Part shown: in pieces, positions 43,970-54,457 of the stretch
Position numbering within the stretch: position 1 is the first letter of the stretch
How the letters are laid out: every line of letters begins with the position of its first letter
Source of the DNA: an uncultured cyanobacterium
GTDB lineage: Bacteria; Cyanobacteriota; Cyanobacteriia; Pseudanabaenales; Pseudanabaenaceae
Reading direction: 5' to 3'
DNA: 64,000 nucleotides
Assembly: GCA_963703315.1 (NCBI GenBank)
Contig: OY969811.1
Coordinates: forward strand, 2,880,001-2,944,000
Notes under the pieces: generated by a model
The model's database searches: none
Seen by the model: only the letters and a program-made list of their open reading frames with translations
Told to the model about the DNA's origin: nothing
Program-made: the position numbers and the translations under genes

Positions 43970-44043
43970 TCGGAATGTTGGGATTTGAACCCAAGACCCC
44001 CACTACCCCAAAGTGGTGCGCTACCAAGCTGCGCTACATCCCG
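43970..44043 (-). tRNA. trnP: tRNA-Pro(GGG)
   Basis: CGGGATGTAGCGCAGCTTGGTAGCGCACCACTTT-GGG-GTAGTGGGGGTCTTGGGTTCAAATCCCAACATTCCGA. Confidence 0.96.
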
Positions 44044-44153
44044 TTGCGTTTTTGACGCTTTCCTATGATAGCACGATGATTTACAAATTTGAAAAGTTAA
44101 CAAAAAATATCGCGATAAAAGCTAATAGAGTTACGGCATAACTCTGTTGGCTT

Positions 44154-44726
44154 TTATTTACCCAGATTACGTTTGAGTCTTTCGAGTTCTTCATCCATCT
44201 CCCAACGTCGGAAGGTTTCTTCTAGTTTGTCATTAGGATCACGAAAGGGCGGAGTGTAGAGATTATCCCAGTTTAAAGGAGTACTAGAAGGAGATTTTGT
44301 TTTGGCAGTTTTGGCAGCCTCAGCGATTTTTGCTTGCACTTCTTTGCGGCGTTCTTGGATTTGGACTTGCAGGGCTTGACTATCGATCGCTCGTTTTTTG
44401 ACTAATTCCATTTGCGCCCAGATTTGATTACCTTGACGTAGCAAAGCCGCTTCACGTTCTTTGGCAGGATTAGCCAGATCAGGGCGATCAAAGGACTCTG
44501 CTTTAACCGTGCGATCGTGCCAAACTCGAATTTCTTCAGCAATTTCGAGAATCCGATCCTGTAATTTTTTCTCTTCTTGTTTAGAGCTAATGATTAACTT
44601 CGTAATCTCTTCTTCTTGCTGGCGCAACTTATCTTCGAGGATTTGCAACTCAATTTGGGGATTATTGCGAATAAATTCCTCTAGACGAGTTTCCAAAAAG
44701 CGAGATATATCGTCTATCAACCCCAT
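44154..44726 (-). CDS. PspA-like coiled-coil protein (TIGR04376-like)
   Basis: MGLIDDISRFLETRLEEF, REAALLRQGNQIW, FRRWEMDEEL. Confidence 0.8.
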   Translation of the reverse strand: MGLIDDISRFLETRLEEFIRNNPQIELQILEDKLRQQEEEITKLIISSKQEEKKLQDRILEIAEEIRVWHDRTVKAESFDRPDLANPAKEREAALLRQGNQIWAQMELVKKRAIDSQALQVQIQERRKEVQAKIAEAAKTAKTKSPSSTPLNWDNLYTPPFRDPNDKLEETFRRWEMDEELERLKRNLGK

Positions 44727-44816
44727 ATATTTTCCTCAGATAAGCTGCTATGAGTTTACTCAATTTACTAAATGATTGCGCTGTAATTTAGACGCAAAAG
44801 TTATCTTTATGATTAT

Positions 44817-45953
44817 TTAAAATCTTTGTCCAACAAATACAGTTTTCGTTTCTTTACCGCGTTTGAGGATAATTTCTTGCTGGCTCACGCGAGATAATGA
44901 CCAACCTGTATTATTGATTACTTTACCTAATCCAATTGATTGCACAGAGCCATTTATGTCAATCATCGCTGTAGAGCGATCGCCTAAATCTAGCACGCCA
45001 ATTAATGTATAAGTTGGTGCTGGTGCAGATACAGGTGTGTTTACCGCTTGAGTAGGCGCAGAGTTGGTCTTTGTTGTTGATGTGTTGGAGGAGACATCAA
45101 CCGAGTTATTGGTAGTGACAGGAGGTAAGGCAAGTGGTGATGGTAAATTTCCACTATTCGTTGGTACAGGGGGTTGATAGACAGGTACATACATCGGTTG
45201 TTGCATCCCATTTGCAAAGGGATTTGCGCCAACTGGTAGAGGCATATTCCCGATGAGTGGTGCTGTCATGAGGGGAAGGTTGCTACCAATGGGGGCATTA
45301 TTTGAGTTAGTGGCGATCGCCCGATTTTTATCAACTACTTCCGCTAGCATCCGCTTAACTTCGTCAGCAAAGGTTTTGTTGTCAGGGACAGCTTTGGTAT
45401 TGACTTGGGCAACGCTAACGGACTGTTTGCCTAACCAAATGCCATGATTAATCGTCCACATTACTGCTGCTAAGAGGGCTGAGCTACAGGCAACCACCAG
45501 CAAAATGCGATCCAAAAGACTATATTTGGCAACTCCTAAGGGTGGATCTATGGGCGGAATATTGCCAGTTGGTTCTGGATTCCGCATGATGTAGGGCTGA
45601 ATCCAGAGTACATCTTGTTTGGAAATGGGAGGTAAGGAAATATCAGCAACATTAAGTTGAGTAATGTTAACCGTATCTTTGGATGTCGATCTGTCTCTTT
45701 CGGTAGCATCAACCTTAGAAATGGCAACTATGTCTGAGCTTGAGGAGTTTACAGAAGCATAGGGTGCTAATTTTGGGGATTGACTGCGGTTCTGCCCCTG
45801 TTTTTGTCTGAGCGATCGCTGCTTAGCATAATCAACATGGAGTGTATTCTCAACCTCTCCAAATAGATCATCCATTAAGTTATCAACGTTGTCCGTATAA
45901 GCGTCAACGTCTTGCGTTACATAAAACTGTTTATTATCTGTATCTTGTGTCAT
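44817..45953 (-). CDS. Single-TM protein with a Pro-rich linker and a GspC/PilP-like C-terminal beta domain
   Basis: DNLMDDLFGEVE; TM segment; YTLIGVLDLGDRSTAMIDINGS. Confidence 0.6.
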   Translation of the reverse strand: MTQDTDNKQFYVTQDVDAYTDNVDNLMDDLFGEVENTLHVDYAKQRSLRQKQGQNRSQSPKLAPYASVNSSSSDIVAISKVDATERDRSTSKDTVNITQLNVADISLPPISKQDVLWIQPYIMRNPEPTGNIPPIDPPLGVAKYSLLDRILLVVACSSALLAAVMWTINHGIWLGKQSVSVAQVNTKAVPDNKTFADEVKRMLAEVVDKNRAIATNSNNAPIGSNLPLMTAPLIGNMPLPVGANPFANGMQQPMYVPVYQPPVPTNSGNLPSPLALPPVTTNNSVDVSSNTSTTKTNSAPTQAVNTPVSAPAPTYTLIGVLDLGDRSTAMIDINGSVQSIGLGKVINNTGWSLSRVSQQEIILKRGKETKTVFVGQRF

Positions 45954-46174
45954 ATACCGACCCTGTTCACTTTTTTATACATACACAACAACGGGTTATA
46001 CCCAAATCATGCTGTTTTTATCGCTATCTTAACCAAACTGCAATGCTCTCAACTCGTCTCAACACAAATCAGAAAAATAATACTGGTATGTAATACCACA
46101 GATTGCTGCTTAGCACCATAACTTTGATGATGGATCTATAAATTACAGCACAAAAATCTGCAAACAATTTTGAC

Positions 46175-46356
46175 GTAGGGGTAGAGCATTTGCGCCACAA
46201 TTTTTTAACTTTTTGCTAGGATTTTGACCCGCAAATGCTCTACCCTTTCCCCATTTGAGGATTAGGCTGCGATCGCGTTAAGTTTAGGGCAGAGCATTCC
46301 TGTATATAAAATCTAGTGATATAGATAAATAGTTGTAGGAATGCTCTGCCCTAAAC
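46175..46356. repeat. Two REP-like inverted dyads
   Basis: gtaggggtagagcatttgcg...cgcaaatgctctaccc and gtttagggcagagcattcct...aggaatgctctgccctaaac. Confidence 0.75.
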
Positions 46357-46408
46357 TCCAAAAAAGAAAAGGGACGCTTTGCGTCCCTTTTCTTTTTTGG
46401 AGATTTGT

Positions 46409-47380
46409 TTAAATTCTGACTAAATCAGGATAAATCGTTAAAACCTCATCATTGGTGAGGGTATATTCCTCAGACTGAGGTTCCCATAATACTTCTACGG
46501 CTAATAGATTGTCGGTAGGGATAGAGCCAATCATGGATAGTGCTGATTGCAAATCTTCTGAAGAGCGTAAAGCTGGTAATTTGCTCAAAGATTCTCCAGA
46601 AACTGCTAGTAATAGGGTCACTACAATATATTCGCTAGGATCTTCAAGACTGGTGCTACCTTCGCTAGGTAGCGAGGCAACCGTTTTACCTTGCAATACA
46701 CGACCACTAACATTACTTAACACTTCAGCATTGAGTTTGCTGCGCTCGGACATTACTAAACTATTAAATTTTTGTTCCGCAAGGGCAAACTTGGTGTTTT
46801 CATTAGCGCTGCTGACATAGATCCAATATTCAGGATGGCGCATCAAGGAAATAGCCGTTTCACGAGTAACGGTGGCTAAGCCTTCTACATCGGAGGTGTC
46901 AGACTCTAGGGCAAGACGGGTTAGCTCTTGTTGGAGCGATCGCGCTGAGGCGAGTAACCCAACTTGAATTTTGGCAACGCTGACCTTACTATTCATGCCA
47001 GTGATGCCTTCGCCCTTGCCACTACCGCGAAATGCTTGGAGGATTACACCTGCAATGATCGCAATTAGCAAAAAGGTAAACAAGCCACCACCCATGCCGC
47101 CACCAAAAAACATAGGTAGAAAGAAGAATCCACCACCGCCGCTATTGCCGTAATAATTGCTACCGCTATAACCTGAATTTGATGGGGCAGAACGACTGGG
47201 GGCTGATTTAAAAGAGCTACCACCAATTCTGCCGCCTGAACGTTTTGCGAAAGCTTCTTGGGCATTGCCAAACAAGGATATCGCAATCAGTGAAATTGCT
47301 GAAATTACCGCAAGCGATCGCGTCCAGACTTTGACGTTAGCTTTAACTTTTTTCATAAATTCTGAGCTAAAAAACTTCAT
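46409..47380 (-). CDS. DUF1517 (FLAP1-like) membrane protein
   Basis: SGGRIGGSSF, KIQVGLLASARSLQ, RHPEYW, YIVVTLL, AVEVLWEP. Confidence 0.88.
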   Translation of the reverse strand: MKFFSSEFMKKVKANVKVWTRSLAVISAISLIAISLFGNAQEAFAKRSGGRIGGSSFKSAPSRSAPSNSGYSGSNYYGNSGGGGFFFLPMFFGGGMGGGLFTFLLIAIIAGVILQAFRGSGKGEGITGMNSKVSVAKIQVGLLASARSLQQELTRLALESDTSDVEGLATVTRETAISLMRHPEYWIYVSSANENTKFALAEQKFNSLVMSERSKLNAEVLSNVSGRVLQGKTVASLPSEGSTSLEDPSEYIVVTLLLAVSGESLSKLPALRSSEDLQSALSMIGSIPTDNLLAVEVLWEPQSEEYTLTNDEVLTIYPDLVRI

Positions 47381-47482
47381 AGGAACTAGAAACTTGCCTT
47401 AAAAAATTGCTATAGATGTTCTATATCAATTCTAACCTGAGTCTAAGTTTTCAGGGAGTTAAAAAAGGTGCAGCGCTTTGCC

Positions 47483-48445
47483 CTACACCTTTTTTAATAA
47501 CCAATCCATCACCCGATCGCCTAGCGATACACCATCAAGACGATCAATTTCGCGCACACCTGTGGGGCTAGTGACATTCACCTCCGTCAGGTAGCCACCA
47601 ATCACATCAATTCCTACAAACATTAAGCCATCACGCTGGAGAGTCGGTGCAAGTTGGTTGCATATTTCCCTCTCGCGATCGGTAATATCAACTTGCGCCG
47701 CACTACCACCTGCCGCCATGTTGCCCCGAAATTCACCCGATTGCGGAATGCGATTTACTGCGCCAATGGGTTGACCATCCAGCAAAATAATTCGCTTGTC
47801 TCCTTTTTGTGCGTCAGGCAAGTATTCCTGCACCATTACGGGAGTTTTGCCCATATTCGTACTGATTTCGATCAGCGAGTTGATATTGCGATCGCCTACT
47901 TCCAAAAACAAAATTCCTTCACCGCCTTTACCACCTAACGGTTTCATCACAGCTTTCCCTTCAGCCTCTACAAACTCACGAATTGTCCCTTTGTCAGCCG
48001 TCACAATTGTTTTCGGAATTGCATCGGTAAATTGGAGGGCGTACATTTTCTCATTGGCAGCGCGAATACCTTGGGGCGAATTGAGAACTTTAGTTTTACT
48101 AACATCCACATAATCGAGAATATAAGTAGCATAGAGATATTCGGTGGTGACGGGTGGATCAGGGCGCATCCACACAAATTGCATATTTTCTAAAGGTTGA
48201 AATTTGCCATCTGCGACTTCATACCAAGGATTAGAAACTTGCCATTTACCATTTACAAGAGGGATTGGATAGATTTTGGTGGATTGCAGAAATGCCCATG
48301 CTTTGCCATCTTTGACACTGAGCGTATTCATATTGGCAATAAAGACTTCATAGCCCTTGCGACAAGCTGCTTCCATCAGTGCAACACTGGTGTCATGGGC
48401 AGGATCGAGTTTCGCGATCGGATCAATAATAAAAGCAAGCTTCAT
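47483..48445 (-). CDS. gshB: Glutathione synthetase
   Basis: WMRPDPP, NEKMY, GDKRI, RGNMAAGG, TEVNVTSPTG. Confidence 0.97.
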   Translation of the reverse strand: MKLAFIIDPIAKLDPAHDTSVALMEAACRKGYEVFIANMNTLSVKDGKAWAFLQSTKIYPIPLVNGKWQVSNPWYEVADGKFQPLENMQFVWMRPDPPVTTEYLYATYILDYVDVSKTKVLNSPQGIRAANEKMYALQFTDAIPKTIVTADKGTIREFVEAEGKAVMKPLGGKGGEGILFLEVGDRNINSLIEISTNMGKTPVMVQEYLPDAQKGDKRIILLDGQPIGAVNRIPQSGEFRGNMAAGGSAAQVDITDREREICNQLAPTLQRDGLMFVGIDVIGGYLTEVNVTSPTGVREIDRLDGVSLGDRVMDWLLKKV

Positions 48446-48479
48446 AGAATTTTATTGAGGTTTTGATGATGATTGTCTA

Positions 48480-48648
48480 GATCCCCCAGAGATTTTAAAA
48501 TCTCATCAATTACCCCTCCCTAACCCTCCCCTTTGAAAGGGGAGGGAACAAGATTTCTAGTCTTCCCCCTTTACAAGGGGGAATTAAAGGGGGTTTTTGA
48601 GACTTGTGTGTACAGGTCAGCTTGTATAAGGGGAATTGAGGGGGATCT
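48480..48648. repeat. Cluster of C-rich/G-rich small dispersed repeats
   Basis: cccctccctaaccctcccc-tttgaaa-ggggaggg; ttcccccttt-ac-aagggggaattaaaggggg; aaggggaattgagggggatc. Confidence 0.75.
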
Positions 48649-48690
48649 CTGAGAGATCTTAACCGCAGAAAGTAATTCTTCAATGACTCC

Positions 48691-48987
48691 CTAGTCGCGC
48701 GTGGAAACTAGTCGTAATAACTGTGGTATTTCCTCTGTCTCAGGCGCAAATTCTAACTGAGTTTCGCGGGTGGGCAAATACCCTGATTCTGCAAAAGAGA
48801 TTAACATTCTCTGCAAGGCAATCCATACCTCTGACTCAAATTCCCAATCATGCCGCGAATTAGCTCGACCTGAGATCGATCGCAATGCCCAAAAGTAACT
48901 ATTACGGACGATTGAGCCTTGCTTATTATATTTCGGCACATCATCACGATGGATAAATAGAACTTCGTTTTCAATTTTGACGCGCAT
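48691..48987 (-). CDS. Hypothetical protein directly after minE
   Basis: ATG abuts the minE TAA; 98 aa, aromatic-rich (NSYFWALRSI). Confidence 0.75.
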   Translation of the reverse strand: MRVKIENEVLFIHRDDVPKYNKQGSIVRNSYFWALRSISGRANSRHDWEFESEVWIALQRMLISFAESGYLPTRETQLEFAPETEEIPQLLRLVSTRD

Positions 48988-49713
48988 TTATTCTGAATGA
49001 TTCTCACTGACAACATCTTGAGGTTCTGATGATTCAGATAAATTGAATGACAGTTCTAATTGATCGGTGTGATCACTTGCTTGATCTTCCACTTGAGCCT
49101 CTACTTGCTCAGTTTGATTAACATCGTTAGGACTTTCTACTAACTTCTCAGGACTAACTGTAACTACATGCTGAACATTAATAGATTCTTGATCTGTGGC
49201 TATAACTTGAGACTTATTGGTAGCATTTCTTAATTTTGTGCTTACGTTTATAGTTCGTTCGGCAATTTCATCTATATTTTCAGCAGTAGGACTTTCGGGG
49301 GCAACTTTTTCGGTTTCTTTAGCGGCGATCGCATCAAGGGCTGCTTCTGCGGAAAGATCCATTTCTAAGGAGGATGGATCAGCATTTAACATTGCATTGG
49401 CTTGATCTAACTGATCTGGTTGATCAAATAATTCCTCTAGATCAGGAAACTCTTCGCGCACCATCCTGATGGGCAAATTTGCAATTAGTGCGGTCATCCG
49501 TTTGTCGGACTCTAAACGAATATCCAATGAACTTTCATCAAGCTCTACATATTTAGAAACTACACGCATAATCTCATGACGCATACTTTCAAATACCTGT
49601 GGCTCGATCGCCGCCCGATCATGAGCCAAAATAAACTTCAAACGCTGCTTGACTTGCGCTCCACTAGGGACATTACTTCTTTGAAATAGGCGATCGAGCA
49701 GTGTTGAAATCAT
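48988..49713 (-). CDS. minE: Cell division topological specificity factor MinE with a long acidic C-terminal extension
   Basis: VKQRLKFILAHDRA, VVSKYVELD, ALIANLPIR. Confidence 0.9.
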   Translation of the reverse strand: MISTLLDRLFQRSNVPSGAQVKQRLKFILAHDRAAIEPQVFESMRHEIMRVVSKYVELDESSLDIRLESDKRMTALIANLPIRMVREEFPDLEELFDQPDQLDQANAMLNADPSSLEMDLSAEAALDAIAAKETEKVAPESPTAENIDEIAERTINVSTKLRNATNKSQVIATDQESINVQHVVTVSPEKLVESPNDVNQTEQVEAQVEDQASDHTDQLELSFNLSESSEPQDVVSENHSE

Positions 49714-49721
49714 CTCAAACC

Positions 49722-50525
49722 TCAGGAGTTCCCACTAATCCAGCTTGACAGACGCGCAAAAATTCCTTTTGGTGGAGCTTCGAGTTGTAAAAACTCAACA
49801 TCTCTACCTTCAAGACGTTTTGCCACGTTCATATAGGCAGTGCCTGCAAGGGAGGGCTTATCTGACAACACCAATGGTTCCCCTTTATTTGTGGAAACGA
49901 TCACCTGCTCGTCATCGGGAATTACGCCAATTAATTTAACTGACAAAATATCCAGCACATCTTCGACACTCATCATGTCGTTATTTTTTACCATAGCTGG
50001 GCGAATACGGTTCAAAATTAACTTAATATCGGTGATGCGATTGGCTTCGAGTAACCCAACTACGCGATCGGCATCCCGTACCGCCGAAATTTCGGGAGTC
50101 GTGACGATGATTGCCTCTTTTGCGCCAGCGATCGCATTTTGAAATCCTGACTCAATCCCTGCGGGGCAATCGATCAATACATAATCAAAATAACGGCTTA
50201 AAACTTCCACCAAAGCCTTCATGTGGGCTGCCGTGATCGCGGTTTTGTTGCGAGTTTGCGGTGCAGCCAATAAAGACAGATTCGGCTGGCGCTTGTCTTT
50301 AACTAAGGCTTGGTCGAGTTTACATTCTCGCGCAATTACCTCTAGGGCTGTATACACGATGCGATTTTCCAATCCCAATAACAGATCGAGATTTCGCAAG
50401 CCAAAGTCAGCATCCACCAAAACCACTTTGCGTCCGAGTTTGGCGATCGCCATGCCGAGATTTGCAGAAGATGTGGTCTTGCCGACACCACCTTTACCAG
50501 AGGTAACAACGATAATGCGACTCAT
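49722..50525 (-). CDS. minD: Septum site-determining ATPase MinD
   Basis: SGKGGVGKTT, DFGLRNLD, DCPAGIE, C-terminal amphipathic helix. Confidence 0.98.
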   Translation of the reverse strand: MSRIIVVTSGKGGVGKTTSSANLGMAIAKLGRKVVLVDADFGLRNLDLLLGLENRIVYTALEVIARECKLDQALVKDKRQPNLSLLAAPQTRNKTAITAAHMKALVEVLSRYFDYVLIDCPAGIESGFQNAIAGAKEAIIVTTPEISAVRDADRVVGLLEANRITDIKLILNRIRPAMVKNNDMMSVEDVLDILSVKLIGVIPDDEQVIVSTNKGEPLVLSDKPSLAGTAYMNVAKRLEGRDVEFLQLEAPPKGIFARLSSWISGNS

Positions 50526-50579
50526 GTTTACAGGTTACTATAGATGAATATTTGGTAAGAATGACGCGAAACGTAATTT

Positions 50580-51626
50580 TTACTTAGACTTTGAAGAATA
50601 ATCAACAGCTTGGACAATTTGGATCGCAGGCGTACCCTGATTACTTACGAAGGCAACTTCGGGATAAAAATAAGTACTAGGACTCTCAACACGGGCGATC
50701 AAACTAGCGATTCTGATTTGGGTAGCATTGAGGTGTAAAGCCATAACTACCGCTTGGGCATTGCCTTTCACCCCTGCATGAGCCATGCCCTTGAGCTTGC
50801 CCCATACAATAATGTCACCTTCAGAGATCAGTTCTGCACCAGCATTGACATCACCGAAGACAATGATACTGCCAGAATGCCGAATTTCTGTACCAGATCT
50901 TACGGTCATCTTAATGTATAGCGGATCATCGGTTGGGGCATTAGGAATTGGGTTAAAACCTAATATCTCCTGAAAGATAGTTCCCTGCTCTACACAAAAG
51001 CCCATACTCGCAGCATTAATTGCGGTCTGACGACGATTTGTCACCACACAATGTAGCAGCAATTGATGATTTTGTAATGACTCGGATAGTTCTTGGAGTT
51101 GACGGGTATCTAACAGGCGATCGCCTGCTTGGAGATGCACCTGTGTACGGGGCTTCCAATCATGTCCACTGGCTGCCATGCGCTGCTCTAACTGGGAAAG
51201 TATTTCTTCCCAAGTCAAGGTTAGCAATGAATTTGCAGGACTACTTGGCTCGCTCCATCCCATAGGCTGCCCAAGAGGTTGAGATTCACCGTTATCATTT
51301 GGTTTATCAAACGGTAACTTGATCTTTCTCTCTGTCGGTAATAGCAGATTCAGCTTGCCATCTAGGGTTTTAAACCTAACTTGGGCAATCTCAGGGTCAG
51401 GAGTTGGCTCTGGCTGAGATTGTTTAGCAGGTTTATTGGGAATTGGTTTGAGTTCACCCCCCTCAACATCTGCAACCGTAAGTGGTGCAAGAGTAAGAGT
51501 CTCCTCGGTCTCTGCCACGAAAACGACTTCGGGCATCTCCGCAGATGACAAATCCCCTGCCCCTGACTGGAATTTTGTAGGCGGCAGAGGATTAGGTTTC
51601 ACGGCAATATTACGCTCGTTATTCAT
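50580..51626 (-). CDS. minC: Septum site-determining protein MinC
   Basis: TVRSG, GDVNAGAEL, IIVWGKLKGMAHAG. Confidence 0.93.
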   Translation of the reverse strand: MNNERNIAVKPNPLPPTKFQSGAGDLSSAEMPEVVFVAETEETLTLAPLTVADVEGGELKPIPNKPAKQSQPEPTPDPEIAQVRFKTLDGKLNLLLPTERKIKLPFDKPNDNGESQPLGQPMGWSEPSSPANSLLTLTWEEILSQLEQRMAASGHDWKPRTQVHLQAGDRLLDTRQLQELSESLQNHQLLLHCVVTNRRQTAINAASMGFCVEQGTIFQEILGFNPIPNAPTDDPLYIKMTVRSGTEIRHSGSIIVFGDVNAGAELISEGDIIVWGKLKGMAHAGVKGNAQAVVMALHLNATQIRIASLIARVESPSTYFYPEVAFVSNQGTPAIQIVQAVDYSSKSK

Positions 51627-51691
51627 GAAGCTTGTTTCAAGCTAAAAATCTAAAAACTAGAAAACAAGGGGCTGAAGCCCCTTGTCCTATT

Positions 51692-54181
51692 CTAAGCTGA
51701 AGGTAGTAACTGAAGATTATTATCAGAACCACTTAGAGCTTGCTGCTCGATTACTTTGACCTTGCCATCATCATCGACATCAACCTGTACTGATGCACCT
51801 TCACGGACTTTGCCCGTCAAGATTTCTTCAGCAAGGGAATCTTCGAGTAAGCGCATGATCGCTCGACGTAATGGACGCGCACCGTAGCTGGGGTTATAGC
51901 CTTCTTGGACTAACAGATCCTTAAAGCGCTCAGTTACCGTAAGCACGATGTGCTTATCGAGCATCCGCTTGAAGAACTCGTTGAGCATGAGATCGGCGAT
52001 CTCCTTGACTTCGGGTTTGGTCAACTGACGGAAGACGATGATTTCATCAAGACGGTTGAGGAACTCTGGACGGAAGTATTGCTTGAGTTCTTCGTTAACC
52101 AGCGATCGGATGCGGGTATAAAGCGCATCCTCTTGGCTAGCGGCGAAGTCAAAGCCAAGACCACCACCGCCTTTTTCAATTACCTTCGATCCGACGTTAG
52201 AGGTCATGATCAAGAGCGTATTCTTAAAGTCAACCGTCCGTCCTTTGGAGTCAGTCAAGCGACCATCTTCAAGGACTTGTAAGAGCAAGTTGAAGACATT
52301 GGGGTGCGCTTTTTCGATTTCATCAAATAGCACGACAGTATAAGGACGACGGCGCACTGCTTCCGTAAGCTGTCCACCCTCGTTATAACCAACATAGCCA
52401 GGAGGTGAACCGATCAGTTTGGATACGGTGTGACGCTCCATGTATTCCGACATATCGAGGCGAATCATCGCATCTTCGGAACCAAAGAAGTAAGCAGCAA
52501 GAGCTTTGGTTAGCTCTGTCTTCCCAACACCTGTAGGACCAGAGAAGATAAAGCTAGCGATCGGGCGGTTGGGACTCTTAAGCCCCACACGGGCGCGACG
52601 GATCGCACGAGAAATTGCTTTGACCGCTTCATCTTGTCCAATCACGCGGCTATGCAGAGTTTCTTCCATCTGCATGAGCTTGACCGATTCAGACTCAGTA
52701 ATCTTGAGGACAGGTACGCCAGTCCAAGAACTGACGATATAAGCAATATCCTCTTCGGTTACATGAATTTCAGGAGCTTCCTCGGCAGGAGTTTCCGCCT
52801 TTTTCGTTTGACTGAGGGCGCGAATTTGTTGCTTTAGATCAATTTCCTTGTCGCGCAATTCCGCAGCCTTATCAAAGTCTTGCTTACGAACGGCATCATC
52901 CTTATCTTTGAGGGTTTGACGCAATTCTTTGTCAAGCTCCTTCGCGGCAGGAGGTAATTGTGAATTAATCAAGCGCACCCGCGAACCAGCTTCATCAATC
53001 AAATCGATCGCCTTGTCTGGTAAGAAGCGATCGCTAATGTAGCGATCGGACAATTTGGCGGCGGCAACTAGGGCTTCATCATCAATCTTGAGTTTGTGAT
53101 GCTCTTCATAGCGCTGACGTAAACCGATCAAGATTTCGATAGTTTCTTCAACGCTTGGTTCACCGACCATTACTGGTTGGAATCGGCGTTCAAGGGCGGC
53201 ATCACGCTCAATATGCTTGCGATATTCATCAAGGGTGGTTGCGCCAATGCATTGCAGTTCACCACGAGCAAGGGCGGGCTTGAGAATGTTAGCAGCATCG
53301 ATCGCGCCTTCCGCCGCACCAGCACCGATCAAGGTATGGACTTCATCAATTACCAAGATCACATTGCCCGCCGTGCGGACTTCTTCCATGATTTTTTTGA
53401 GGCGTTCCTCAAATTCACCACGATATTTTGTACCTGCTACGAGCAGACCGATATCTAAGGTAACAACCCGCTTTTCTTGCAAAATGTCAGGAATATCACT
53501 GTTAGAAATACGCTGAGCTAGACCTTCAGCGATCGCGGTTTTACCAACACCTGGTTCACCAATCAAAACGGGGTTATTTTTGGTGCGGCGACCAAGGATC
53601 TGGATCACACGTTCAATTTCTTTTTCACGACCCACAACAGGATCGAGCTTGCCATCTTGGGCTAGCTGAGTTAGATTTGAGCCAAACTCATCAAGGGTGG
53701 GTGTTTTGGTGCGTCCTGACGAGCCACCACCTGCGGAGACTTCGGCAGTCTCACCTAACATACGGATGACTTGAGTGCGGACTTTGGACAGATCTACGCC
53801 CAAGTTTTCTAAAACTCTAGCGGCAACGCCTTCGCCTTCACGAATTAGTCCTAGCAATAAATGCTCAGTACCGATATAGTTATGCCCCAACTGGCGGGCT
53901 TCTTCTAACGACAACTCTAGGACTCTTTTGGCGCGAGGCGTGAAAGGTATTTCAACTGCTACAAAACCAGAGCCGCGTCCGATGATTTTCTCAACCTCGA
54001 TGCGAGCATCTTTGAGGTTTACACCCATGGACTTAAGTACTTTGGCGGCAACGCCAGTTCCTTCTCCGATTAGACCCAATAGGATTTGCTCTGTGCCGAC
54101 AAAGTTATGACCGAGGCGGCGAGCTTCCTCTTGAGCCAGCATGATGACTTTAATTGCTTTTTCTGTAAAGCGTTCAAACAT
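51692..54181 (-). CDS. clpC: ATP-dependent Clp protease ATPase ClpC
   Basis: [19 protein letters not shown]; two Walker A motifs ([16 protein letters not shown]); UVR domain; GLGF loop. Confidence 0.98.
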   Translation of the reverse strand: MFERFTEKAIKVIMLAQEEARRLGHNFVGTEQILLGLIGEGTGVAAKVLKSMGVNLKDARIEVEKIIGRGSGFVAVEIPFTPRAKRVLELSLEEARQLGHNYIGTEHLLLGLIREGEGVAARVLENLGVDLSKVRTQVIRMLGETAEVSAGGGSSGRTKTPTLDEFGSNLTQLAQDGKLDPVVGREKEIERVIQILGRRTKNNPVLIGEPGVGKTAIAEGLAQRISNSDIPDILQEKRVVTLDIGLLVAGTKYRGEFEERLKKIMEEVRTAGNVILVIDEVHTLIGAGAAEGAIDAANILKPALARGELQCIGATTLDEYRKHIERDAALERRFQPVMVGEPSVEETIEILIGLRQRYEEHHKLKIDDEALVAAAKLSDRYISDRFLPDKAIDLIDEAGSRVRLINSQLPPAAKELDKELRQTLKDKDDAVRKQDFDKAAELRDKEIDLKQQIRALSQTKKAETPAEEAPEIHVTEEDIAYIVSSWTGVPVLKITESESVKLMQMEETLHSRVIGQDEAVKAISRAIRRARVGLKSPNRPIASFIFSGPTGVGKTELTKALAAYFFGSEDAMIRLDMSEYMERHTVSKLIGSPPGYVGYNEGGQLTEAVRRRPYTVVLFDEIEKAHPNVFNLLLQVLEDGRLTDSKGRTVDFKNTLLIMTSNVGSKVIEKGGGGLGFDFAASQEDALYTRIRSLVNEELKQYFRPEFLNRLDEIIVFRQLTKPEVKEIADLMLNEFFKRMLDKHIVLTVTERFKDLLVQEGYNPSYGARPLRRAIMRLLEDSLAEEILTGKVREGASVQVDVDDDGKVKVIEQQALSGSDNNLQLLPSA

Positions 54182-54457
54182 GGCGTTTCCCCATACTTTG
54201 CTGCGTTCTGGTTAAAATTAATACTAGCACAGCATTAGCAGCATTCTGTGTGTACGGCTTTCACTCCTTTTTAACTAAATTGTGAAGATCTCTCTTAGGG
54301 ATCATGTTTGCTTTTTACGGGCTGTTTAGACCCATATTTTTAGTTTTTTGTGGTTTGTGCAACCGATTAAAGCGCCGCTTTGCTGTATCCGAGGCTTAGG
54401 CAAAACCAAGAAGCGGGGTGCGCTGCACCCCGCTTCTTGGTTTTTGTGTCCTAGCCG

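Noticed and set aside
38565..44043. tRNA-anchored genomic island
   Set aside because: No integrase or duplicated tRNA 3' end seen; the enclosed genes are housekeeping
52295..52310. ClpC HPNVFN instead of the usual HPDVFN
   Set aside because: Single substitution; polymorphism cannot be told from sequencing error here
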